Positions 1-7,981 of a stretch of DNA of 10,356 bases are shown in pieces (positions within the stretch are counted from its first letter, which is position 1; each line of letters starts with the position of its first letter). The position numbers and the translations under genes were made by a program. This DNA is from an uncultured archaeon (GTDB lineage Archaea; Asgardarchaeota; Heimdallarchaeia; Heimdallarchaeales; Heimdallarchaeaceae), in contig CAZHRF010000076.1 in the NCBI GenBank assembly GCA_964534625.1, positions 1 to 10,356 on the forward strand, written 5' to 3'. Under the pieces are notes generated by a model, which was given only the letters and a program-made list of their open reading frames with translations, made no database searches and was not told the origin of the DNA.

Positions 1-102
1 TATCCCAAAGTAAGCTTTTTGATCTCAAGAAAATAAAAAAGTTACAAAAGAAATATAGTTTTTCTATTCTATTTGAACTATGATTATGTCATGTGATCTG
101 TT

Positions 103-1896
103 TTAATTGTTTTTTAGTTCATATCTCGAATTACTAATGTCTTTGTAAATAGAGAATAACTCTTTAAACCGACCTTGCTCAATTTTTCCATGGGCTGTCA
201 TCATTTCATTAGTGAATCTCTTTGGTAATCTTTTTTCAACTTCATCGATTGAGAACCCTTCTCTGACTTTGAATTTTAGCCTTTGTTTTTGAATTTCTTC
301 CCCGAGTTTTAGAAGTTTCTCTTTAGTTGTTTCTATTTTGAGGATGTCTAAGGCTTCAATAGTTGTATCGATGTCATATACATTTCTTGCAAATAGACAG
401 ATAACAAGAGAGTTTAAGACATTTCGCCATTCTTCTTCTTTCATCAAAGTTTTAACTGCTTCTTCATCAGATTTTGGATTAAGAAGGAGCTTCTGATCTA
501 ATGAATATCCCGCATTATCTAAATGGCTGTGTCTTCCACCTATAGAATATCCGAGAATGGAAAAAGGACCTGTGCAATAGCCTGCTGGTTCAACTTTTCC
601 TAAACGAATACCAAAATCGCTACCACCATATTTTTCAACAAGAGCTTCGACACCCTCAGATGCAGTTTTATATAAAGCATTTGTGGGATCAGAGTTAGCC
701 TGAGAAATCATAGGTATAATCTCTAGAAAATCTTTTACTTTACCAAAACGAATGAGTTTACCTTTTGTATCTCGGGGTGAAATAATGTTTCTATCATAAG
801 CTTCTGCTAACCAACTCAGAACAACACCAGTGCTTATGGCATCCATTCCTTCACGTTCAACAGCTTCAATAAGCCTGAGAACATTAGAAGGATCTCCAAT
901 AAGTAAATTACTACCGAGAGCATAGATGAGTTCATAATCGTATGGAACAGCAATACTGTGAATATCGCCAACTGTGCCTTTATCCCAACGTTCACGAAGT
1001 ATGCCTAAATGAATGCATCCTATTGGACATCCTCCACAAGCAACACGTTTTACTAGATATTTATCAGCATAGTTTTCTCCAGAAATATTTTCAGCATTTT
1101 CAAATGTGCTACGTGACCAATTTCTTGTTGGTAATGACTTAATTGTATTTACAGGAATTATTCCTGCTGGTGTCCCTAGTACGTGATATTTAGCCATTAA
1201 ATCTGTTTCTGTTACCTTTTTGTAAATCTCTCTAAACTTACGATTATATTCTTTATACTTGGTATTAGCCTCAAGAGAAATAGGCTGATCTCCAATAATA
1301 GCCATACCTTTGAGCTTTTTGCTACCAAAAACTGCTCCTAAACCCATTCTTCCAAAATGACGCATACGGTCGACAGTGGCACAAGCATATTTGACCATAT
1401 TTTCACCAGCTGGTCCGATGGTAACAAGTGAACGATTACCTGGATTGCCTATCTTTTCTCGAATAACTCTACCAGCTGTATTAGGATACATATTAGTCAA
1501 GGGTTTGGCATTATAAAAACTGACCTCATCCTCATCAGCAACGAAATAAGTGAGATTTTCAGATTTACCTTTAATAATAATAGCACCAAGATTGTTAAAG
1601 CGCATAGCGGTTGATAATCTACCACCTGCATAACTTTCTCCTAAGTAGCCATTTAGAGGACTTTTAAAAACTGCACAAGTTTTAGAAGCGACAGGATAAA
1701 AACTATTTAGAGGACCAATTGCAAAAATAATTACATTATCAGCGGAAAGGGGATCAATAGTGGGTTTTATGTGCTTATCAAGTAATTCAATGGCTACACC
1801 AATACCTCCAAGCTTTTTCTCAAAAAGTTCAGTATCGTGATAAAACCTATATTCTTTTTCTGTTAAATTAATTTCTAATATTCGTGGATCAATCAT
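103..1896 (-). CDS. Tungsten-dependent aldehyde:ferredoxin oxidoreductase (AOR/WOR) family large subunit, GOR/XOR-clade-like
   Basis: AOR-family motifs LGGIG, FKSPLNG..GES..GG, GRMGLGAVFGSKKLK, CGGCPIGC (4Fe-4S), YDYE, GMDAISTG and SLVICLF. Start moved from 1914 to the ATG at 1896 (597 aa) because GGTGAGGTG lies 7 nt upstream and the upstream gene stops at 1908-1910. Confidence 0.95.
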   Translation of the reverse strand: MIDPRILEINLTEKEYRFYHDTELFEKKLGGIGVAIELLDKHIKPTIDPLSADNVIIFAIGPLNSFYPVASKTCAVFKSPLNGYLGESYAGGRLSTAMRFNNLGAIIIKGKSENLTYFVADEDEVSFYNAKPLTNMYPNTAGRVIREKIGNPGNRSLVTIGPAGENMVKYACATVDRMRHFGRMGLGAVFGSKKLKGMAIIGDQPISLEANTKYKEYNRKFREIYKKVTETDLMAKYHVLGTPAGIIPVNTIKSLPTRNWSRSTFENAENISGENYADKYLVKRVACGGCPIGCIHLGILRERWDKGTVGDIHSIAVPYDYELIYALGSNLLIGDPSNVLRLIEAVEREGMDAISTGVVLSWLAEAYDRNIISPRDTKGKLIRFGKVKDFLEIIPMISQANSDPTNALYKTASEGVEALVEKYGGSDFGIRLGKVEPAGYCTGPFSILGYSIGGRHSHLDNAGYSLDQKLLLNPKSDEEAVKTLMKEEEWRNVLNSLVICLFARNVYDIDTTIEALDILKIETTKEKLLKLGEEIQKQRLKFKVREGFSIDEVEKRLPKRFTNEMMTAHGKIEQGRFKELFSIYKDISNSRYELKNN

Positions 1897-1903
1897 GTTT
1901 AAA

Positions 1904-1912
1904 CACCTCACC
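1904..1912 (-). promoter_or_regulatory. Shine-Dalgarno GGTGAGGTG overlapping the TGA stop of the Fe-S subunit gene
   Basis: Minus strand reads TGG TGA GGTG TTTAAAC ATG, suggesting translational coupling within a two-gene operon. Confidence 0.75.
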
Positions 1913-2339
1913 AATCTCCTGTGGCTTCTTCAGCTATTAAAACCCCAGTTGAACAATATTGAACACAAGCAAAACATTGCCTACAGATTATTGCTTTGTT
2001 AATGTCTTGATCAATAGTTATTGCTCCTGGGATGGGACAAGCCTCTACACACTCTTGGTTACATTTAGTAGAATCACAAATCTCTCGGTCTACCTTAACT
2101 CCTCCACCCTCTCTAGGCGTAATAGCACCTTGAATGGGACAAGCTGGAAAACAAGGAGGTTGTCTACATCCTCTACAGACGATTACCACATAGTTTCTTT
2201 CAATGGAACCTCTGGCTTTAACATTGATAGAAGAGCGATAATTAGACAGGAGTTTTTCGTTTATTCTTGCACAAGCATAAGTGCATTCAAGGCAACCGAT
2301 ACATCGGTCTAAATTTTTAACTCGAAGCCTTTTATTCAT
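1908..2339 (-). CDS. Multi-[4Fe-4S] electron-transfer small subunit (DmsB/HydN-like), partner of the AOR-family enzyme
   Basis: Four Cys groups: CIGCLECTYAC, CRGCRQPPCFPACP, CDSTKCNQECVEACP and CRQCFACVQYC. Directly upstream of and co-oriented with the AOR gene. Confidence 0.93.
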   Translation of the reverse strand: MNKRLRVKNLDRCIGCLECTYACARINEKLLSNYRSSINVKARGSIERNYVVIVCRGCRQPPCFPACPIQGAITPREGGGVKVDREICDSTKCNQECVEACPIPGAITIDQDINKAIICRQCFACVQYCSTGVLIAEEATGDW

Positions 2340-2361
2340 AGATTAGACAAAGAAATGGTTA

Positions 2362-2369
2362 TAATTAAA
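2362..2369 (-). promoter_or_regulatory. Putative archaeal TATA box (TTTAATTA) of the Fe-S/AOR operon
   Basis: Lies at -30..-23 from the ATG at 2339, the spacing expected for a leaderless archaeal transcript. Confidence 0.5.
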
Positions 2370-2440
2370 CTTACCTACGCTAGGAAGATTCCATATTGCT
2401 AAAGAGAAAAAAATTGATTCATAAGAATTACTAAAAAGTA

Positions 2441-2470
2441 TTAGAAAAAATAAGAAAAAATAAGAAAAAA
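2441..2470. repeat. 3 x 10-bp tandem repeat T(T/A)AGAAAAAA; oligo-T tracts on the minus strand are a probable terminator of the 2504-2764 gene
   Basis: TTAGAAAAAA TAAGAAAAAA TAAGAAAAAA, 33 nt downstream of the stop at 2504. Confidence 0.65.
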
Positions 2471-2503
2471 AGTTGATGGATAACTCGCAGATTTGGAAAA
2501 TAG

Positions 2504-2764
2504 TCAATTTAAGAATCTTGCTTGACCATTTAGTTCATCAGTAATGAACTGTTTTATTTTATCTAAAACTGCTCTATTGTCGCAATAAATAGCATGTTCT
2601 TTATCATCAGCTACCCATTGCTTGAAGGTGTAGAATTTTTTATCAGAAGAATCTGGATTTTCATATTCCTTGCATTTTTCAATTAATACTTTGTTTTGTA
2701 GATAAGTTATTTTTGCTCTTAAGCAATGGTTATAAGATAATTGGGTACCAGTTTTTTCATACAC
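2504..2764 (-). CDS. Hypothetical protein, start uncertain (frame open to 2794; ATG-TGA at 2800-2795)
   Basis: 86-aa ORF from GTG that fills an otherwise empty interval, with a TATA-like sequence upstream and T-tracts downstream. No family recognised. Confidence 0.65.
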   Translation of the reverse strand: MYEKTGTQLSYNHCLRAKITYLQNKVLIEKCKEYENPDSSDKKFYTFKQWVADDKEHAIYCDNRAVLDKIKQFITDELNGQARFLN

Positions 2765-2940
2765 TACCTTAAATTTACCATTTCCATTATAGTATCACAT
2801 TCAAACTGTTTTACCTTAATTAAATAAAGATATATAAAGTATTGAAAAATAATCAAATTTTTCTTTTCTTTCCTTATTGCTTTTTCTTTTGTTTCACATT
2901 TTAAGTAATATTTTAATAAGTAAAACCCTTATATCAATCA

Positions 2941-3360
2941 ATGACTAACCGTTCGGATGATTGGTTGAAACAAGCATTGTATGATCTAGAACACGCTGAA
3001 GCCAGTCATAACTTAGAGCATTATGAATGGGCTTGTTTATCTGCTCAACAGTCAAGTGAAAAAGCAGTAAAGTCAATATTTTATACATTAAAAGCTGAGG
3101 TTTGGGGACATGGTATATATCGTCTTTTAGAAAGCCTTCCAGATAATATTCAGATAGACGATAGACTTTTAGATGAAAGTAAAATATTGGATAGACATTA
3201 TATCCCAGCTAGATATCCAAATGGATTAGTTAGTGGAACTCCAAGAGAAAGCTATACAAAATTAGATTCAGAGGAAGCGATACGAATTGCCAAAAAAATA
3301 TACAGATTCAGTCAAGATATTATATCCAAAATCCAAAGAAAAAATACTGAAAAAAATTGA
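2941..3360 (+). CDS. HEPN domain protein (COG2250/PF05168 type)
   Basis: WLKQA..DL..A, YEWACLSAQQSSEKAVK, GH and LDRHYIPARYP. TTTTAATA at 2911-2918 (-30..-23). Overlaps a nucleotidyltransferase gene. Confidence 0.92.
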   Translation: MTNRSDDWLKQALYDLEHAEASHNLEHYEWACLSAQQSSEKAVKSIFYTLKAEVWGHGIYRLLESLPDNIQIDDRLLDESKILDRHYIPARYPNGLVSGTPRESYTKLDSEEAIRIAKKIYRFSQDIISKIQRKNTEKN

Positions 3361-3661
3361 TGAATGGAAAAAAAAATTGATAAAACAATACAACTGCAAT
3401 TTAATAGTTCTATTTGGATCTTACGCTAAAAACAACTATAGTTACAGAAGTGATCTTGATCTATTGCTAGTTCATGATGATGAGAATTTATCTTTTGAAA
3501 AAGCTTTAGGGTTAGCTGTAGAAATTAGTACAGAAATTGACTGGCAAATTCATGTATATGATTTAGAAGAATATAAAAAAGGAATGAAAAATAATAATCT
3601 ATTTTTTAAAACTATTTTATCAGATGGAATAATCATATACGAAAATTTCCCATTTAATTAA
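3287..3661 (+). CDS. Minimal nucleotidyltransferase (MNT, pol-beta superfamily), partner of HEPN in a putative toxin-antitoxin pair
   Basis: LFGSYA-x7-SDLDLL (GS-x10-DxD). TTG start with a 74-nt overlap of the HEPN 3' end. Confidence 0.9.
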   Translation: MPKKYTDSVKILYPKSKEKILKKIDEWKKKLIKQYNCNLIVLFGSYAKNNYSYRSDLDLLLVHDDENLSFEKALGLAVEISTEIDWQIHVYDLEEYKKGMKNNNLFFKTILSDGIIIYENFPFN

Positions 3662-3704
3662 ATGTAGTGAATGAAAAAATATACATTGAGCTGAAGTTTG
3701 AAAT

Positions 3705-4559
3705 TCATGTATTTTTATTATTTATTAATACAAGGCATGCTAAATTATCACAAGCTTGATTTTCAAAAGCTTTATTCATCAAGTTTTCACATACCTGATC
3801 TGCTCTTTCAAACTTACCTGCCCAATTGATAATTTCTTTAGGATTTGCTTCTGGTTCAACAGATTGCGCAAACCCATCTGAACATAGGATGATGGTAGGT
3901 GGATTATTTGTTTTTGTAAAAGTGCGTTTCCATTCAACCTTTCCCACTTTTAAAATTTGTCTAAAGCTTTCGATGCTTTGTTGTTTATAACCTAAAGAAC
4001 GATGATAAACGACAGGAGCTACTTGATATCCCTCATATTCATTTTCCCAATTTGAATAAATACGACTATCGCCAAAATTAAACCAAAGTATTTCTTGATT
4101 GTTTGAAACTATTAAAGAAAGCTGAGTTTTAGTTCTTTTCGTATAATGCTTCCCTTCATTTTCTTCCTTTAATTGCACGGATTTTGGATAAATAATTTCC
4201 TCCATTAATTCCTGTAAACGTTCTTCTGTAAAGTTTACTTCTAGTTCTTTTAGTATGTAGCGACTCTTTTTTATAACAGTTTGTACCATCGTTTCTCCTG
4301 CTCTTGTACCATAAAAAGCGTCTGCCACTACACCTAGAATATATTGTTTCTGATCTTTTGTTTTACATACAGCATATGCGACACTATCTTCATTCAAATC
4401 TTGATGATAATGACAACCTGCTTTTCCTCCTACCGATATAGCCATAGCTAAATTATTATTATTATTGTTATTATTATTATTATAACTATCTATGAAAAAT
4501 TCCCCAAAACTCTTAGGGTCAGCAAATTCGCTACCAAAAAAAATTCTACTTTCATGCAT
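3705..4559 (-). CDS. PP2C/PPM-family protein phosphatase-like protein (divergent)
   Basis: PPM motifs in order: NEDS, GVVADAFYG, NFGDSRIY, ILCSDG and CDNLACLVL. Confidence 0.85.
   Translation of the reverse strand: MHESRIFFGSEFADPKSFGEFFIDSYNNNNNNNNNNLAMAISVGGKAGCHYHQDLNEDSVAYAVCKTKDQKQYILGVVADAFYGTRAGETMVQTVIKKSRYILKELEVNFTEERLQELMEEIIYPKSVQLKEENEGKHYTKRTKTQLSLIVSNNQEILWFNFGDSRIYSNWENEYEGYQVAPVVYHRSLGYKQQSIESFRQILKVGKVEWKRTFTKTNNPPTIILCSDGFAQSVEPEANPKEIINWAGKFERADQVCENLMNKAFENQACDNLACLVLINNKNT
4452..4481 (-). repeat. Trinucleotide microsatellite (AAT)4 AAC (AAT)5 encoding 10 consecutive Asn
   Basis: Read directly; in frame near the N-terminus of the PP2C gene. Confidence 0.9.
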
Positions 4560-4918
4560 TTCAACCTAAAATAAAGCATCATTTCTTTAAGGATTTAGAT
4601 TGGTAGAAGAAGAAAAGAAGAAGAAAAAAACAAAAGACAAAAGATACTGTACTTTAATTAAATCAGAGCATTAATAAACTAAAATTCCTGTAAAATCATC
4701 TTGTTTTGCTTAGAATTAAGTTTCATGGTACTATTTTGTTTTATCATCTTCGGTTGGAATTGAACATTAAATATTTCTTTAGTCAAAATCCATTGATCTT
4801 CAACATTTTTTTTAATTCACAGCTATTCCTATTTCAAGCTTTTCATGGTGTTAGCATACCCTTAAATAGACCTCTTAATAATTATATATGCTAAAAAAAA
4901 AGACAGAAGCGATGATTA

Positions 4919-7828
4919 ATGAAAAATATATTTAAAAAATACACTATAACTGGTCTATCTGTTGGAATATTATTTTATCTGATTTCAAGTAGTATTTTCG
5001 CAGGTATTAGTAATTATGAGGTCAAACATTATACTTCAAGCTCACCTATATATATTACGGATGATACTGAATTAGAATCTACTGCTACGTCTGGTAGTGG
5101 TACTTTAGGTGATCCATATGTTATTGAAAATTTACAGATTATAACGAATGAAAATACTGGTCAAAGTGGTATTGAAATCGTCAGTACAACAAAAGCCTTT
5201 ATTATCCGCGATAGTTATATCTCGGGATTTGACAATGGTATAACTCTATCAAATATAGCCGATAATACTGCTTTAATTGATAACAATACTATTGTTAGTT
5301 GTAATACAGCAGTATATATTGGAGCTAACTATGTTAATGTAACGGAGAATAATTTTGAAAATAATAAGGAATATGGTGTTTTTACCATTGAAAATGCTTT
5401 ATCACCAAGATTTACCGGAAATACTTTTATCAATAATACGAGAGCAATCGATTCTGGTGCTTATGTAGACGATATATACATTGTTAACAATACCTTTACC
5501 AACAATACCGAGGTTGAGATTAACGCTTTATGGACTGAAGGAACTTTAACTATCGCAAATAACACCTTTACCAACGGTGGAGGTGTCGATACGACACATA
5601 ATAGTCCTAGTCTTGAAAATAACACATTTATAAATTCTGGTTTAGCAACCATTTCTTGGAGAGATTACACAGGGATTAGAACTGCTTCACTTACTGGTAC
5701 AACAGTTAATGGCTTACCTATAGCTATCATTGATGGTCAATCTAATATCAATATCACTACCCCATATGGGCAGATTTTTATGTTTAATTCAGATAACATA
5801 ACATTAGAAGATTATCAAATAAATAATACAGCGACCGTGTTTTATGCCTTTGATTGTTCTAATATTACCTTTGATAATGTAAATATTATCAACTTTCAAA
5901 AAGGATTAGAGCTTAAGCATTCTTCTGGATATGATGAGTTTAGTTATGTAACAATAACAAATTCTATATTCGAGAATGGCAGGGAAAACACAATTTATTT
6001 AAGGGATGTTAACTACTTAACAGTTGAAAATTGTTCTTTTATCAATATTGATGGTGGCGCAATTGACTTAAGAAATGGTGACGATCCTACAATTGATAAA
6101 TCTGAACATTATATTCAAAACAATTTCTTTCAAAGTGTCTACGAAGCCATTAAGTTAGTTAGTTATGTACATAACACAATAATCTACAACAATACAGCAA
6201 TAAACGTTACTTCTTTCATATCGGTGGGTGGAGTTGAAAAAGTTAATCTTAATGTAACATATAATCACCTATCAGGTGCTAATGGAAAGATTGTTTCTAC
6301 TACTTTTGGCAATACAGAAAATTTAATCATAGCTCATAATACCCTTGAATCTATCCTTGGAATCGGTGGATGCCATAATATGTCATTCTATGAAAATATA
6401 ATAACAAGTGATAGAATTAATTATAGCTCTGGCGGTAATCTTGGAGCTTTATTTGAGCTAGGCGGTAATAATAATTCATTAATTGAAAAAAACACCTTTC
6501 AAATTGGCAATAATCTGACATATGGTCGAGGAATACAGCTAAGAGGTCTAAATGATAATACAACTATTAGTAATAATATCTTCCAAAATATGGCTAATGC
6601 CATTCAGTATGGTCAAGGTGATCATCATAATATTAACATAGCGTATAATACCTTTGATAACATAACCCGAGTATTTGAAAGCTATGGTTCGGGAGGTGGC
6701 GACCAAAATTTGACATTCAGTGATAATTATATCATTAATGCCTCTGGCGGTCATATTGTCCTCATCGAAGATTCTATTGAAGGAACGCTCAAATTTACTA
6801 ATAACATCTTTGACATGAAAGGAAAAACCGAGCATAGACGTTATGCCTTAGTTTTAAGAGACCAAAGTGGGAGCGTTGATAATCCCATACTAATAAGCAA
6901 CAATACCATTGAACTTGGCTGGGGCATTGCCTTTGGTTGGGGGCGGGGTATTGTAACATACGCCAACATTTCTTTTAATACCTTTAAGGTAAATAATAAT
7001 GCTATTCGAATAGACCATCCAGACTCCTCTTTTATAGATATCCATGACAATTATATTTTTAGAAACTTCCCATGGACTTATCCCTTGACAGTTAATGATC
7101 GGTTAGTTATTGACAATGCAGGTTCAGATAACAATATCAGCTGGAGCCATAATTACTACATGGACCAGAACGCTACAGGTCCCTATGAAATCCTCAATGA
7201 TACTGCTGTTGGTGAATCAGCAAGACGTGTTAGCAATACAGACTCTAATCCAATTCGTCCTCCAGACACGGATGGAGATGGACTAGATGATGTTTTAGAA
7301 GAACATATAGGAACAGATCCTAATGGTACTGACACGGATGGCGATGGTATATCTGATGGACTTGAATATACTACATATGTTGAACAACCGTATTCAACGT
7401 GGTATTTAAACCCTCTAAATGCTTCTGACGGAGCTATGGATTTTGATGATGATGGTTTAACAAATGCTGGGGAATTTGAAGTAGGAACTGATTATACCAA
7501 TCCTGATACCGATGGAGATGGTGTACCCGATGGCTGGGAGCACGAATATGCTACAGACCCCCTTGTTGATGATGCTGATGAAGACCCAGACGATGATGGG
7601 TTAACAAATAAAGAAGAGTATAGGGCTGGTACAGATCCATTTAACAATGATACTGACGGCGATGGGTGGTTAGATGGTGAAGAAGTTGACGCAGGTACTG
7701 ACCCTCTTGATCCCAATGATTATCCTGAAGAAGAAACAAAAAGAATAAACTTTGCATGGTTAACTATTCTCATCAGTTTGCTTGGTTTAGCAGTTCTGAA
7801 TATAAAGAAGAGATATAATAAGATTTGA
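4919..7828 (+). CDS. Secreted, C-terminally membrane-anchored right-handed beta-helix (NosD/CASH/pectin-lyase-like) protein with DxDxDG (TSP3-like) Ca-binding repeats
   Basis: Basic plus hydrophobic N-terminus (signal peptide); PIYI..D...GSGTLGDPYVIENLQI cap; many I.NNTF.N repeats; six acidic repeats; C-terminal TM segment FAWLTILISLLGLAVL followed by the basic tail KKRYNKI. TTATATAT at 4882-4889. Confidence 0.88.
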   Translation: MKNIFKKYTITGLSVGILFYLISSSIFAGISNYEVKHYTSSSPIYITDDTELESTATSGSGTLGDPYVIENLQIITNENTGQSGIEIVSTTKAFIIRDSYISGFDNGITLSNIADNTALIDNNTIVSCNTAVYIGANYVNVTENNFENNKEYGVFTIENALSPRFTGNTFINNTRAIDSGAYVDDIYIVNNTFTNNTEVEINALWTEGTLTIANNTFTNGGGVDTTHNSPSLENNTFINSGLATISWRDYTGIRTASLTGTTVNGLPIAIIDGQSNINITTPYGQIFMFNSDNITLEDYQINNTATVFYAFDCSNITFDNVNIINFQKGLELKHSSGYDEFSYVTITNSIFENGRENTIYLRDVNYLTVENCSFINIDGGAIDLRNGDDPTIDKSEHYIQNNFFQSVYEAIKLVSYVHNTIIYNNTAINVTSFISVGGVEKVNLNVTYNHLSGANGKIVSTTFGNTENLIIAHNTLESILGIGGCHNMSFYENIITSDRINYSSGGNLGALFELGGNNNSLIEKNTFQIGNNLTYGRGIQLRGLNDNTTISNNIFQNMANAIQYGQGDHHNINIAYNTFDNITRVFESYGSGGGDQNLTFSDNYIINASGGHIVLIEDSIEGTLKFTNNIFDMKGKTEHRRYALVLRDQSGSVDNPILISNNTIELGWGIAFGWGRGIVTYANISFNTFKVNNNAIRIDHPDSSFIDIHDNYIFRNFPWTYPLTVNDRLVIDNAGSDNNISWSHNYYMDQNATGPYEILNDTAVGESARRVSNTDSNPIRPPDTDGDGLDDVLEEHIGTDPNGTDTDGDGISDGLEYTTYVEQPYSTWYLNPLNASDGAMDFDDDGLTNAGEFEVGTDYTNPDTDGDGVPDGWEHEYATDPLVDDADEDPDDDGLTNKEEYRAGTDPFNNDTDGDGWLDGEEVDAGTDPLDPNDYPEEETKRINFAWLTILISLLGLAVLNIKKRYNKI
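7265..7723 (+). repeat. Six DxDxDG-containing protein repeats (thrombospondin-3-like, calcium binding)
   Basis: DTDGDGLDD, DTDGDGISD, DFDDDGLTN, DTDGDGVPD, DPDDDGLTN and DTDGDGWLD, most followed by E...GTDP-like segments. Confidence 0.85.
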
Positions 7829-7850
7829 ATAGTCTTATAGACCTTTACAC

Positions 7851-7878
7851 TTTCCCTTTTTTTTCTTTTAATCTTTTT
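7851..7878 (+). terminator. Oligo-T archaeal-type terminator after the beta-helix gene
   Basis: Pyrimidine tract with T8 at 7857-7864, about 30 nt after the stop codon. Confidence 0.55.
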
Positions 7879-7880
7879 AC

Positions 7881-7926
7881 CTATGTCTAGCCAGAAAGCC
7901 CACTCCTTTAGGGTGGGGTAATTCAT
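7881..7926 (+). mobile_element. Isolated IS200/IS605-family end hairpin (non-autonomous remnant)
   Basis: GAAAG-CCCAC(T)CC-TTTA-GGGTGGG-GTAATTCAT: a GC stem with a bulged T and a TTTA loop, resembling the left-end hairpin at 10168-10187. Confidence 0.8.
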
Positions 7927-7981
7927 AAATAAAACCTAAAATTGCTGCCAATCCAATCTGCTGTTCATATTCAAGAAACTT

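Noticed and set aside
1-102. 3' end of a plus-strand gene entering the window
   Set aside because: More than one short open frame is possible and none has a recognisable motif.
942-1142. 66-aa plus-strand ORF
   Set aside because: Antisense shadow inside the AOR gene with no recognisable motif.
1959-2312. 117-aa plus-strand ORF
   Set aside because: Antisense to the well-supported Fe-S subunit gene.
2340-2503. SECIS element for the ATG-TGA ORF
   Set aside because: An ATGA and a later GA exist on the minus strand, but I could not find a paired stem with apical adenosines.
4706-4894. 62-aa Phe-rich ORF
   Set aside because: TTG start and low-complexity translation of an AT-rich divergent promoter region. 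The duplicated TTTCATGGT there is too short to call.
7899-7918. Rho-independent terminator
   Set aside because: The T-tract is upstream of the hairpin, not downstream, and the sequence matches an IS end.
5461-7926. Five short minus-strand ORFs (5461-5652, 6548-6835, 6841-7050, 7492-7716, 7720-7926)
   Set aside because: Antisense shadows of the 969-aa gene. The Ser/Pro-rich one mirrors the Asp/Gly repeats, and the last merely crosses the terminator and the IS hairpin.
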